A stretch of 64,000 nt of DNA, taken from assembly GCF_036971445.1 (NCBI RefSeq), contig NC_091473.1, positions 231,694,001 through 231,758,000 of the forward strand. The letters run 5' to 3'. Source of the stretch: Narcine bancroftii. Its lineage: Eukaryota. Position 1 is the stretch's first letter. The number at the start of each line of letters is the position of its first letter. Shown here piece by piece: positions 25,849 through 39,065 of this stretch. The notes under the pieces were generated by a model, which searched no databases, was not told the origin of the DNA, and saw nothing but the letters and a program-made list of their open reading frames with translations. Made by a program: the position numbers and the translations under genes.

Positions 25849-28171
25849 TACTGCACATGATGTCCAAATCAAACTAAAAAATCTGCTGCTTAGCACCTAT
25901 CCCAATTATATTCATTTGTCCATCTAGAAGCCTCTTAAACATTACTATTGTGTAAAAATGAAGTTTTTGTAAACAAATGGTGGCAATTTTGCATTGTTAA
26001 TAGAGGGAGGATGTGAATGACAGGATGTTTGAAATAAAGACATTGATGGTGGTGAATAAGGCGAAATAGGTGTAGGTGGAAGTTGGAGATAAATTTGTTT
26101 TTTTTTTAACTTGAGGCCCATATCGCAGATGTGTTGCAAATGAACAGTGAGAGGTTTCAAGGAAAAAAAACAAAAATGCAAAAATTCCATTTCCATTTTT
26201 TTTTAAATTGAAAGATTGCTGAAGAACAAAGGAGAGGTACAAAATTCCAGAACTGGTTGTATGCAGAGATCATAAAACTAAAAGGAACTAAAAGGAATTG
26301 CAGAAATTGGAAGGGCTGAAGCAACAGATGGATTGGGAACACAGGGTCAGGAATTTTAAAAAAATCAAGACTTTTGTCAGAATGAAAACCATCAGGGAGT
26401 AGCAGACGTTATAGGTATAGTGAAGAGAGCAGCATGTATGACCAAAGTATCAATTATTTAGTACAAATTAACATAAGATGACGTTATCTGGCAGTATCAT
26501 AATATTGGTACCAAAAAGATAAGGTGACACCAAACAATGTGTATGGTTGCATGTGGCACAGAGATCCATGTCTGAGTGAAAAGATGCCAATACCGTTTTC
26601 CTTATGCAAGTCTACCAGCAGGCATAATTTCAATGATGTTCAAAAGTTGATTGCCAGGAGCTCATTAACTTATTGCCAGTGGCATCAATGAGATTTGTTA
26701 CTTTTACAAGGATTTGGTCTGATGATATAAATGGATAGATTACATATTCTATATCAGTCTGCAGAAACAGATACTGTGCTGGTAAATTAGTCCACTGTAA
26801 ACTCCAGCCCTGAATTATGCTATCCAAAAAGATTACATGAACAAATAAAGTATCTCTGGCTTTCCACAGTAGAACTTCAAGTGGGTGACTTTGAACCAAC
26901 AGTTCTTTTTCCAGTAATGCCATATTTCATTTAAAAAAAACCACAAAAAAACTATTTTTAAATTATAACTTAACCATCATTTTAAATGTAGGAAACTTGT
27001 TTTTCTTTAATTCACTAACACTGCTATAGAAGCTTTTTGCTTTGGTCTTTCCCTACAACATCAAAGGAGATCATTCAGCCCATTAAGGGTAATATCATCA
27101 GTCCATTTCCACTTAATTTTGTAACCTGCTCTCCCTCTCTCACATGTCCATTAACATCCTCCTAGTTCTCTTACTTTTCATTTACCTCAGGGGATACCTG
27201 CAGCAGCCCAATTATTATTGAAGCTCCCTGGAAGGACTGCAACTCTTATTTTAACTCCAAAAAAAACTGGTTTGGATTGGCATCTTACTAATAATTCAAG
27301 TATGCTGCCTAATCATTTGTACATGGATTCACCAAACCCATTGTGCTAATACTGTGGATGGGTACCTCCTATCAATTCCTAAATCACCTAGCCCATCAGC
27401 TTTACACTGCTGCTAATATTTATACAATTATATTTCAAATTGGAACATCAGCTAAGACTGATGTCCAATCACAGTAAAAGCTTGTGTCAGATTTGAAAGA
27501 CTCAAGGTGGGGCTCATCAATGGAAATATACCAAGGATAAATGAGTGGAGTGTTGTGTTCATCATGCTTGAAGAAAATATGCCTGCCCTTGTCCAATATG
27601 GAGCTACTGCAATGTAAACATTTTGTTTTACTCTAGTTAGCCTCTCCTTGGCATTAATAACAACAATGCAAACATTTTGGGATGAAGCAACTTATTTCTT
27701 CTCCGGAGTCATGAGGGAAACAAACGCATGATGCAATAATTCATGGTTCACTGTATGCATCCAAAAAGGGAGCAAAAATCTGTTTACAAGGAGATGCTTC
27801 TGTTCAAAATATAGAATGTGCAAAGTTAAGTTCCACTCAGATTTATTATTGTTCGTCTGGAAATGCAGTTTTTAAAAATCTTACTAATGAAGAGGAAATA
27901 TTAAAGAGACAATATATAACAATAATTATTATTAATGCAAAGGCTGACTGGACATCATGGAGAGAGAATTTTCATTCTAATTTCTTTTAAAAGTGTTCAC
28001 TTGCCAAATTCTACAAAAACATTTTAAACCCTAATTCGATTATATCTTAGTAAAAGGAATAGCTTGTCAGATATAATATTAAGGTGGTATGCTTCATCTA
28101 GTTTATGTTCTATTAACTTTTTCTTCTCAATAGAGTAATTATCTTAATTAAAGAAATGAAGAAACAATTAC

Positions 28172-28230
28172 CTTAACCAACTTTACTCATTGAGCTCTGA
28201 CGATATGGTTCTGAACTTAAATAATGATTC
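28172..28230 (-). other. Candidate 59-nt exon
   Basis: Acceptor ctttatatattgtatag and donor AAG|gtaatt on the minus strand. All frames contain a stop. Confidence 0.45.
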
Positions 28231-28554
28231 CTATACAATATATAAAGCGTGTTATGCATGAAATGAACTTCATGGTAAATTATGAATTAATTTAACAGTA
28301 AGCAATTAAACATAATTGAGTCCAAAGCTTAAGAAATTCCTAAAACACAGGAAATAGCAGGAAACGACAGCTGATTGGTTATGGATTCATGAAGTTCAAC
28401 TCATAGTATTATTAACGACAAAGAAATCAAAAAGTTTACAGCCATGATTTTTTATATATAAAAAAGGAAAATATTCTTCAGACACTGGATGCCTGAGTCC
28501 TCATACCCATATCATATCACATCATGTTTTAAGATTAGATTTGTGATACAGTTT

Positions 28555-28659
28555 TCAACTTTGAGGTGTCACCTCGAACAAATTGTACTTGACGAGGTCC
28601 ACACACTTTCCACTTCGGCTCTTGTTTGTTTTCTTTTTGTCTCTTGCACTCCCAGCCAT
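28555..28659 (-). CDS. Short ORF MAGSARDKKKTNKSRSGKCVDLVKYNLFEVTPQS (uORF, microprotein or first coding exon of an unidentified gene)
   Basis: ATG in strong Kozak context (A at -3, G at +4), 90 nt into a candidate exon that begins at 28749 after acceptor ttttttttttcaacaaaatag. Possible phase-0 donor GAG|gtgaca at 28573. Confidence 0.35.
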   Translation of the reverse strand: MAGSARDKKKTNKSRSGKCVDLVKYNLFEVTPQS

Positions 28660-28749
28660 AATTCAGTAGCTAGCCTCTTTGCTGATCGTGACCTGCCTCC
28701 ACATGTCCAAAGCAAATGTAATGATTTTTTCACCCTTTAAGGATTTTCC

Positions 28750-28874
28750 CTATTTTGTTGAAAAAAAAAATTTCTAAAGATTTTTTTTTCAAAAGTCTAT
28801 CGAAGTTGAGGTGAGGTCACCTTCAGGTTTGTCCATGACATCTAAGAATTTTTCTGCAGATTATTCATACTTAC
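28750..28874 (-). other. Candidate 125-nt intron
   Basis: Consensus donor AGG|gtaagt at 28875/28874 and a T-rich acceptor ending tag at 28750. Confidence 0.5.
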
Positions 28875-29547
28875 CCTTAGCATGGTTCATATCCCACAGA
28901 TATATCACAAGGGTAAAGGAAACAGTGTCGATCAAGCAGGTAACTTTTCATTCATTTAATAAATTGACAATATAACAAGCTTTGAAATTAAGATTATTTA
29001 TTTATTAAACACAATCAAATTGTAGTTTTACACAGCATAGATCTGAGTCTAGCTTCAATTTTAAGCAAATAATGTAGTGAAGAATATTCAAATTTCATTG
29101 AATCTCATTTGTGACATTGAGACTGCTATATTTTATTCAGCGGCAAGCAACTGTTTGCTTCTTAAAACTGATAAAAAAAGTAATCTTAAATACTGTCTGT
29201 ACTTATTCATCAAACCTGATGCACTATACCTATGAATAAGAAGACAGAAATTATCTAGTGTTATTATTAGGAATCTACATGTTAAGATAAATACTGCAGT
29301 ACAATTTCATTTCCTCTTTCAAACATTGTAGCTAGGTTTCTCATGAATGTCATTAATTTCACTTCATTGCAAAGGCTTAACATTCTTACCAAATTATATT
29401 CACCACAGAAGGAGGACTGCAGCCTTGTATAATACTGGGAAACCTCTGGCTGCAGTGCAGCGCGAGCTGAGGAAACAGCAGCCTGACAATGATGCATGCA
29501 ATTGTAAGAAGTACTTTCAATCATCTATTGCAGTGAAGCAGCCTTAC

Positions 29548-29800
29548 CTCAGCTTGTGTGAAGAAGTTCTCTTCAAAACGATTTACAGGACATTCTCACA
29601 GGCAGAGTAGGGAAAAGAAAATCTGCTTCTGAAGTCAAGACAGCTTCACCTTTTAAAATAAAATCAGACTCAATATAAGAAGAAACTGGAGAGAGAGAGA
29701 GAGAGAGAGAGGCGGGCGAGAGAGAAAGAGAGAGAGCGAGAGAGAGAAGTGCTGAAATGTTTAGGTCAGCATCGTAGTAAAAGCACTGCAGTTTCCCAGA
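29548..29800 (-). other. Candidate first (5' UTR) exon with CT-rich microsatellite
   Basis: Consensus donor GAG|gtaagg at 29548/29547 and (CT)n tract at 29689-29747. The transcription start is not defined. Confidence 0.45.
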
Positions 29801-29900
29801 AATCCCTCTAGTGACACATTGCTGTATTTCACAGCACTCAACAGCTCATTGGCTGCTGTGTCGTTCGGTAATGTCGAATCTCAGCATTAATTGGGGATGG
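29800..29900 (-). promoter_or_regulatory. Candidate promoter with CCAAT box
   Basis: Minus strand reads gcagCCAATgagc (NF-Y consensus) at about 29843-29856, upstream of the candidate exon in repeat-free DNA. Confidence 0.4.
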
Positions 29901-30789
29901 TCCCTTTTGTGGTGCACTCTCCACCCTTGCATCAAGTACTGCTGGATCAGCACAATGAGGGAAAATCAAATACAACTGAACTGGCAGCAGACTCCAGCAC
30001 CAGCATACAGTATGAGGAGTCTACGTTTTAGTGGTAATGTTGCTTGACTTGAATGATTCAGCAAGGTAGACTAACAAAATTGATCAATAGATAATGCAAT
30101 TTATAGACAGAAGCAGCATCCTAATTTAAAAACAGACAACAAGTCAAAGATTCCGGCTCCTGTCGACCTTGCACAGTACATTAATTGTAAAAAGAATCAT
30201 AGGTTAAGCTGTTCACTTTTAGGTTTACATTCACTGGCATGAACAATCCCGTGCAAATACTAATTAAACAAGATAAAGAAGGTAAACAGACATTATCAGA
30301 GAAGATGAATGGATAAATAAATGTCATCCTTTTTTGGAAGAATTTAGCATGCATATATATTTTTGTTATTCAACTGGCAAACCAGATTTTACTTGCAGTC
30401 GAAAAACAAATGGTCAACGCTGGCACAATTAAAAAAAAATATATATAGGTCACATTTTGTTTTGCAAAGTTTTAAGGTACTGAGAAAGTGGAAAGTAAGT
30501 GATGAACACAAATTCCTCGTGATCTTAGCTGAAGCAGTCCAGATTGGTTTTGTTTCTTTGACAGAAATCACAGCGATGGACATCAAAAAATAAGTTGTGC
30601 CATTAACTTTGGCAAATCATGATGTTCAATGCACAGCATGAAAAAGGCAAAGCCATTGTGGACCCATCTTGCACCATCAAACCAAAAGGACCAGATGACT
30701 ATATTCCTAGAGGAATATGGTCCATGAAATTGCTATCTAGTTAATAGTCAATTCATTAGATTTGCTAAATATTGAAAATTTAATGGACC

Positions 30790-31100
30790 TACAGTATAAG
30801 AACTAGGAGCAGGGGTACATCATCTGGCCCACTGAGCCTGCTCCACCATTCCATAAGATCATGGCTGATCTGATCATTGATTCAACTCCACCAACATGCC
30901 CTTTCTGCATATCTCTTAATTCCTTTTTAATGTAAAAATCTATGTAACTGAACCTTAAATATGTTTAATGAAGTAGCTTCAACTGCTTTCCTGGGTAGAG
31001 AATTCCATAGATTCACTACTATCTGGGAAAAACAGTTTTTTTTCTCATCTCCCTCAGAAATCTACTCCCCTGAACCTTGAGGCTGTGTCTCCTAGTTCTG
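30790..31100 (-). mobile_element. CR1 LINE 3' end
   Basis: 'taagaactaggagcagg..gagcctgctccaccattc..gatcatggctgatc..gaattccatagattcac' is a reversed CR1 3' end. Confidence 0.8.
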
Positions 31101-31760
31101 GTAGGGGCACATTAAAGTTGAGACCACTCAGTCAGAAAAAAAGGAGAAATAAATAATTTGCTTCCAAATATGCATTCTATATGTGTATTATTCTATAAAA
31201 TTGTATATTTCCAAGTCAGCCATTCTGAGAAATTTGAAGGTATTAAATTATGAAATTAAACCTAATCAAGTCATTTCTGGTACCAATTACTTTTCTGTGC
31301 ACAAGTCCATGAGCAGAATAACCTTCAGGAAAGACAAAAGCAAAACCTACAGGTGCTGAAAATCAGCTGAGCCTTTCAATGGGAAATGACCGTTTGAGGC
31401 TTGAGAGAGAGAGAGATGGGTTAAAAGAATAATTCAGACCAATAAAAGGTCATTGCTTGAAGTATTAATTATTTTTGAACATTTTTGCTATCTGGTCACT
31501 TGATTACAGTAGTATTTGAGGGGTTGGATTTCTAAAGTTCACTGAACAGTCTTCACTTTCATGGGAACTGTGAAGGAAAATCTGCACCTGCTGGGAATCT
31601 GAAATGAAAACCAGATATGTTGGATAAATTCAACAGGTCAGGCAACATTTGTGGAAAGGTGGGAGGAGCATTTCATTAACCTGAATTTTTGTTTCTCTCA
31701 CGTGTTGCCCGAAAGACCACAGTCTCTCTGAGTTGGTGACAGAACGTTGGGCATTGTGGT

Positions 31761-32044
31761 TGTGGTGGTACACCACCAGCCTACTGCAGGGAGCAACCTC
31801 TGTACCTGCAGGAGTGTAAGAGGACAGGACAACACCTGGCTGGCTGTCAATCAGTCGGCCTGAATGGATCAAGCCCCTCCCGGTCGGGTGTCAATCACCC
31901 TCCAGGATATAAGCCTGCGCCGGCCTCCCGAGGCCTCACTCAGAGTTGCTGCAGCCACAGCCAGCCTGGCTCTGTGAAAGTCTTTGTGGATTAAAGCCTG
32001 TCTTTACCTTGTGTGTGTCTGGTTCTGTCTAATAGCGCACTCCA
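31761..32044 (+). mobile_element. Solo LTR (284 bp)
   Basis: TGTGGTG...CACTCCA termini, TSD gtggt/gtgat, TATA gatataag about 31906 and ATTAAA about 31990. Confidence 0.8.
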
Positions 32045-32059
32045 GTGATGCTCAGCACT

Positions 32060-32207
32060 GGCGCTCCTCAGGGCTGGTGACCTATTGTGGACACTCAACA
32101 TATCCTCACTTGTCAGGAAGGCACAATTGCGACTGTACTTTCCTAAGAAGACTGGAACAGGCAAGACTACCAGCCACAATTACGTCAATCTTCTACAGGA
32201 GCACTCT

Positions 32208-32253
<46 letters not shown>

Positions 32254-32775
32254 CTGGCTGGCTGCATCACAGTGTGGTACGCTTGCTGCAGAAAAATGGA
32301 TTGGATGTCAATCCACAGGACCACAAGAGTGGCAGAGAGGATCACTGGGGAATCTCCCTCTTTCCCACACCCCCCCCACCCCCCCAACAACTGACATGAT
32401 CTACCAGGGTCATTGTCTGAAGAGGGCATGCAAAATAAACATTGAGGTCCCCTTTCACCTTGCACACAGCATTTTTCAGCTGCTCCCATCGGGGAAGAGA
32501 TACAGGAGGATCAGAGCCAGCACCACCAGGATGAAGAACAGCTTCTTGCCACAGGCAATGAGAATGCCGAACGACCAAAGGAACTGTTCACACTGACCAT
32601 CCGAGACTTTTGTATTCATGAAACAACATCTATTTATTATTTATTTTATAGATGAAAGACTTGTCTTCCATTCGTATTATTTGTCTGTATGTTATATCTG
32701 ATAATGTGTTTTGCACTGAGAACTAAAGAATGCTGTTGACTTTGTTCAATCAAATGACAATAAATTTGATTTGAT
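32060..32775 (+). mobile_element. Rex1/Babar-like LINE 3' fragment with internal (GA)n
   Basis: Encodes LVRKAQLRLYF, FYRST..VLAGCITVWY and HSIFQLLPSGKRYRRIRASTTRMKNSF. (GA)n at 32211-32251. Confidence 0.88.
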
Positions 32776-33089
32776 TTGCTGTGCATTTCCAGCATTTTCT
32801 ATATTTGCAGGTTTGTGATAATAGGATTAATTTACAAATTTCAAACAGCAGAATTAATTATGTTTGTCATGCATTAAAACACCTTCTTTGGACATTAGCA
32901 GAAAAGAGGTATCCAGATTGCAAAACTATTTGCCATTCTTTCACCTTTGGTTAATTCAAGGAGAAATGGGCTCCCTCTCAAGACGCACTGAAGATCTGAA
33001 CACAATTTCTTTTCCCTAGTTTCTTAAATAAAATATTTAAACACACATATACATCATCAAAGGAGACATATTATCAAATATCTTAAAAG

Positions 33090-33660
33090 CACGCTCCACT
33101 ACGTATCAATACCTCTGTAGTGAAGAGAGTAAAGAGCACCAAGTTCCTTAGAGTCCAATAACTAGTGAACACGCATTTCTCACTTGTCAGGAAGGTGGAA
33201 CTTCCTGAGAAGACTGAATCATGCAAGGTTAATGGTCACCATTACATCAACCTTCTACAGGAGCCCTAACAAAAGCATACTGACTGGTTGCACCACAGTC
33301 CGGTCCTGTTGCTGCCGAGAAATAGATCGGAGGTTAATCCACAGGACCTTAATGATGCAGAGAGGATCATCAATGTGATCTACCGGAATTGTCTGAAGAG
33401 GGTTCACAAAATCGTTAAGGTTCTCTACCACCCCACACATAGCATCTTCCAGCTACTCCGGTCGGGAAATAGTATCAGTGCCAGAACCACCATAGATTGC
33501 TCATACAAATCCCTCCAAGACTCTACTTTTATTTCACAATATTTATTTATTTATGTACTGCATATACTGTAAAGCTCTTGTAAATATGATTGCATGTTTA
33601 TACCAAGGACCAAAAAATGTTGCTTCGTCCAGTTGTATTTTACAAACACGAAATAATAAC
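33090..33660 (+). mobile_element. Rex1/Babar-like LINE 3' fragment
   Basis: Encodes FLRRLNHARL..TFYRS..SILTGCTTV and HSIFQLLRSG. Confidence 0.8.
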
Positions 33661-34439
33661 TACTAGAAACCTTTTAAATAAAATTGAGTTAATACTTTGA
33701 CGAGGATAGACTCCCCCCCCCCAACCAAAAAGTATATCAATTGCATTTGGCGACTGTATTTTGAAATGTTTTTACCTTTTTCTCAGGTAAAATGTCGGAG
33801 GAGAAAGATGAAACTAAATAAGTTAACATTAGTTGCAGCAAATAAACTGTGAGCAGACATGGTAAAGAGAATACTCTTGCTCTTTAACTTGCGACAGCGA
33901 AATGCCATGTATTTTTATGCTGATTTTAAAAGTTAGAACTGCCAGTTGAATAAGGAAACAAATCAATTAATTTCTCTTCTTCAGTTTTGATTTGCACAAA
34001 ATGAAATGTCAATTAATTAGAACCAATTCTTGGAGAAATGTAGTGCACTTGAACATCTTTTAATTTCAAAGATTTTGATTGCCTGTTCAATTGCTATGAT
34101 GTTTTGCAATGGAAGTTGCTATTAGTGCAAGATGGAAGTGGCATCTGGAGGTCATCTAGGAATGGTGAAGACTGGGCTGAATCATCCTGACCAAGAGCCC
34201 AGTGGTGGTTAGGAGAATCACTGCTCATTAGCCACATGACTCAGGAAGTTTCAAACATTTATGCATGCATGGTCAACTGGGAGTGTGCAAAACCTCTTGG
34301 AGGTCAGGTGGCAGTGCATCTGACTATCCTTTCAGTTCTGACTGAACCAGTCATGGAACTCTGATGGACTATAGAGAGAGCTTAAGTGGACCTAGAATTC
34401 TGCCCTTGGCTGTTCATGAGAGGATCACACAGGAACAAC

Positions 34440-35135
34440 AATCACATCGTAGATGGTACAAAGGTAGGTGGAGGTCCAGGTGGTGTAGAGGAAACACAGA
34501 GGCCACAGGACTTGCACAGATTAGGAGAATGGCATGAGAAGTGACAAATTAAATAAGGTTGGAAAGTGTATGGTCATGCACTTTGATTGAGGCTGAGGCT
34601 CTGGTGAATCCATACTTGGAGTATTGTGAGCAGATTGGGGCTCCTAATTTAAGAGAAGATGTGCTGAAGTTGGAAAGTGATCAAAGGAGTTCACTAGGAG
34701 GATTCCAGGAATGAAAGGGTTATCTATAAGGAACATTTGACACCACTTAGCCTGTACTCGTTGGAATTTAGGAAATTGAAGGGGGATCTCATTGAAACAT
34801 TTTGAACGTTGAAACTGAGTAGATATAGAAAGGTATTTTCCCATGGCGGGAGAGTCCAGGACAAGAAGGCACTAATTCTGGATTGAAGGATGTCCTTTTG
34901 GAACAGAGATGTGGAGGAATTTCTTTAGCCAGAGGGAGTAAATCTGCAGAATGTTTGCCACAAGTCATTGGCATATTTAAGACACAGATTGGTAGGTTTT
35001 TTTTTATTAGCCATGGCATCAGTTATGGGGAGCAGGCTGGGAAGTGGGGCTGAGTAGGGAAATGGATCACAATTAAATGGCAGGGCAGACTCGATGGGCT
35101 GAATATCCTATTTTTGCTCCGATATCTTATGATCC
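34440..35135 (+). mobile_element. CR1 LINE 3' part with internal deletion
   Basis: 'tggagtattgtgagcag' (LEYC), 'gggggatctcattgaaaca' (GDLIET) and the CR1 3' UTR. Confidence 0.85.
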
Positions 35136-36517
35136 TTTGATCATATTCTGTTAAATAATGCTGCTGACTATGTGACTGGAGTCGCTACTTAAATTGATCT
35201 CAAAGATTTATTGAGTATCTTTTCCATCCAGTACTCAGTATATTTGATTTACTACCATCAAAAGCTAGGCGCAGGAACACCAAAATCAGGACTGCCAGTC
35301 TATGAAATAGCTTCTTAGGTTTTGAGAATGATGAAGAATATCCTATTAATGAGTAAATAATTCCAAAATATTTATTTTAAATGATATCTGTGTGTATATG
35401 TGTGATTATTGCATGCTGTGTATTTTGTGTATGGATGTGCACCATGGTCCAGAGAAACGCTGATTCATCTGGTTCAGTCAGATGATAATAAACTTGTACT
35501 TGATATCATTCCTTCATTTATTTTATTCGATTCTAACAGTTTTGTTAGTTTAATGTTTAATGTGTTTAATTAAAAATTGTCTAATTAGTAAACCCTTTTA
35601 ATTTTCTAAAATTGGCTTGATAGTTTTCTTTTATTGACGCTATCAGAGACATTTCCACGTGCAGAGGAAATCTTTACACAGCCTTTGAAGCTCTCCGAGA
35701 GGGAAAGGGTTTTACTTTAAGGGGTTGGGCCTCACCTCACCTTGCCTGAAGAAGCCTTCCCTAATCTGACATGCACCCCTGAACATTTTGGAGTCGGGTG
35801 AGTTGAGGTGGGGGGGGGGGTGGTGGTGCAGTGGGGAGTCTAAACTTGTTTGGCCCTCTGCATCTGGATAAAATACATGGAGGATAAGTGGAGGCTATTG
35901 GCAGTGTCTGGGTCTGAGACAATGCAACCTTTTGCCCCTTGGATGATTGCTTTAAATATAATTATGATAATGAGTTTATTGTCATACGCGTGGTACAATA
36001 TACACACACACACACCAAAATTCTTGCTTCTTGCAGCTAAAATGTTGGTTTATAAAGGACTATAAGTGAAAAAACAATTGCAACAGTACATTTAAATGAA
36101 TTTTAAAAAGGCAATGAAAGCAAAGGAAGGCCAACAGTAAGTAATCACATTCATACTAAAGCAAAAAAAAAAGACTTTGCAATAGTGCAAGCAATCATTT
36201 TGTGATGTTGGAGCCGTCCCTGATTACCACAACACAGGGAGGTTTAAGACCCTAACAGCTGTTACAAGGAAACTTCTGGAACATGGAGTTGCTGGTCTTC
36301 TGACAACTACCTGAAGGTAGCAGTGAGAAGAGGTTTCAACCAGGCTGGTGGGGAGTCCGTTACAATGTTGGCTGTCTTCCTGAGGCAAGAAAACTTGCAG
36401 ATGCTGGGATTGAGTACAGTGCACAAAAGTGCTGGAGAAATTCAGCAGATCCTGCAGCATCCATAGGAAGTGCAAGGTAACAAACATTTCAGGCCTAGAC
36501 TCTTCATCAAGTAGATG

Positions 36518-36627
36518 GGAGGGAAGGGAGGGGGAAAAAGGGGAGAAAATGACACTGTATATTCAAGAGGGAAATGTTTGTGTGTATTTTGGTTAGTATG
36601 GTTCATAGTGTGAAAAAAAATTTTTTA
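36518..36627 (+). mobile_element. L1 3' UTR-only insertion
   Basis: Matches 48280-48383. 9-bp TSD aagtagatg. Sits inside a Penelope-type repeat. Confidence 0.8.
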
Positions 36628-39065
36628 AAGTAGATGACGGAATACAAATATGGGGGGAGGTGGCAGAAGGAGAGGAGAGAAAGAAGGAAGGAGACAGGGA
36701 AGAGATCATCAGTAGATACTGATTGGTGGGTAGAAGAGAAAGAGGCTGAGAAGTGGTACTTGTCCTATTGGTGAGCTACCGTTCTGAGCCCTCTGCCCTC
36801 TCCCATGATCACTTCTCAGTTTCTTTTCCTTCTACGCTCCCACTACTAAATAATGGTGAGGCAGAAGAGTGAGGTGTTCAATTGGAAAGAAAATGCCTGA
36901 ATAAGCAGTTAAAGAAAACTATTCAAGGGATATTTGTGCAAGGGGTGGGGCACTGAGTTCCTCCAATAGATTTGACTCAGGAGGTCTCAGTAGGGATATG
37001 ATCATAGAATCTAAATACTTTCACTTTGGAGGAAGTCTATAATGCAGGCGCACTGAAGGAGGAGTGAATAAAGACTTTTCATCTTGAGTATGAAGTTTGG
37101 TCATCTCCCCTAATGCAGCAGTGAAAATTAAACCATGGCAAGTGGCAGATGTCAGAAGCCAAGAATGAACCTCAGACTTGGAAGCTGAGAGTGACCATGA
37201 CAGCAGCTACAGATAAGTTAATCAATGATCTCAATGAAGTCAAAGAACATTGTTTGAGTATTGGCTCTTTAAATGGCACAGACCCAGGGTAAATAGGTCC
37301 TAGAACATCTGATTATTCCATGAATAAGTCCAAAATGCATTTTGGACCAATTAAGTTGCCAACCTTTACATGTTGCATAACTGTTAACTTCATTTGGAGG
37401 TTGCCTTACTTAGGGTTAGGAGTGATAAAGTAAATGAAAATCCACTTAAAATAATCAGCTTTTTAATGGACATTAAGAACTCGAAAATGGGCAGCAGTAG
37501 ACGTATATAAGTCATTCAACGTCATTTCATTATAATGTTGATGATAAAAAAAACCACAGTATCTTACTGCAATATAAAATTGGTTTTGTTTATCATAATT
37601 TCCCTTAAAGTTGCACTTTCCAGGAACATATCAACAACGTTAAGTGAAGACCTGTTACATTTTTATTTTAAGGGAAGAGGCATGGCGATCAGTAAAACTT
37701 ACATGAATTTCAAATAATGTTGGCTCTCGCTCAGGAGCTCAAAGTTAACCAAACTCTGGCTAATGTGCTAGAACTGCAAATAGTACCAGTGCAGATACTG
37801 GCACACAAAAGGTAGAATGAACCTTAGAGGGGGATGTTGACTCAGAGTAGCACTGAGCATTAGGGAGCTATAGCCAGGTAAGATGAAGTCTCATGAGGAT
37901 GGTCAGTAAAACACCAGGCACATTGTCCTGTCTGTTGGATCGTGGGGTAATGAGGAGCACAGAGAACATCACACAGATAGTGGGGCAGAACTCTAGAAGT
38001 GCCAAACACTTCAGCAATGTGGCAGCTAGTGGAGTAGGTTCTCATTTCCATGGAAGCGTGGGCCATGACCAGTCAACAGAAGGACAATCTTATGGAAGTG
38101 GAGATTTCTTTTCTGAAGGAACGTGATGACACCACACTGCCGCCGACAAGGAACAGTCAACGATGGGATTGATCAAAAGTCTAGAGGCTTATGAACTTGC
38201 TCCTGGAATTAACTGATCCCCTGTCAGACTGAAGGTAAGCAAGTTCAGATAGACTGGTGAAGTATATCCCTATAATGCATCAATTCCAACAGAAATTTGC
38301 TGCAGACACAAGAGAGACTGTAGATGCAGAAATCTGGAGCAACAAACAATCTGCTGGAGAACCTCAGCAGGTTGAGCAGCATCAGTGGGAGAAAAGGAAT
38401 TATTGGCATTTCTGGTCAGAACCTTCTATCAGGACTTCCTAAAAAAAAAGTTACAATATAACTTACTGGCTATCACCTGACTGTTGGAATCAATCTTCGC
38501 TACACTTCTATTGAACCAGTATGTTAAAGTATCATGGTTGATTAAAACAGATGATGAAGACTTCAGGGAAAAAGCTGTTTGACATAAAAGGATTGATCAT
38601 ACCTTAAAACTTGTTTCAATTAAAATAGGTTCAATGTATGTTGAGCCCAAAGTGAAACCTGCCTCATGAATTAGGGTGAGAAATTGAAAAAGAACCATGA
38701 AGGAAAGATAACTAGGAGGCAATGAAACTTGTTGGCCCAATTAGTTGACTGCCTATTGCTTTCCATAGATGCTGAATGGCCTACCGAGTTTCTCCAACAC
38801 TCAAATATTTTGAAAAATTGCACATTTAAAAAAAAAGGTTTAGACATACAAAACAGTAACAAGTGATTTCAGCCCACAAGTCCATGCCGTGCAATTTACA
38901 CAAAATTAACCTACACCCTCAGAACATTTTGAATGGAGAGAGGAAACTGGAAGCCCCAGGGGAGACAAACCCCTGCAGACACAGGGAGAGCATACAAACT
39001 CCTTGCAGATAGTACAGGATTCAAACCCAGTCGCTAGTCCTGTAAAGGTCTTGCACTAACACTAA

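Noticed and set aside
26630-26923. 97-aa minus-strand ORF downstream of the candidate exons
   Set aside because: No family similarity that I recognise and no clear acceptor or donor.
29940-30012. REST/NRSE sites near the candidate promoter
   Set aside because: Only left half-sites (cagcac) are present. The right half and spacing do not fit the consensus.
33770-33835. Plus-strand ttttacctttttctcAG|GTAAAA followed by a short ORF MSEEKDETK
   Set aside because: Isolated and on the opposite strand to the other splice signals. The donor is weak and there is no partner exon.
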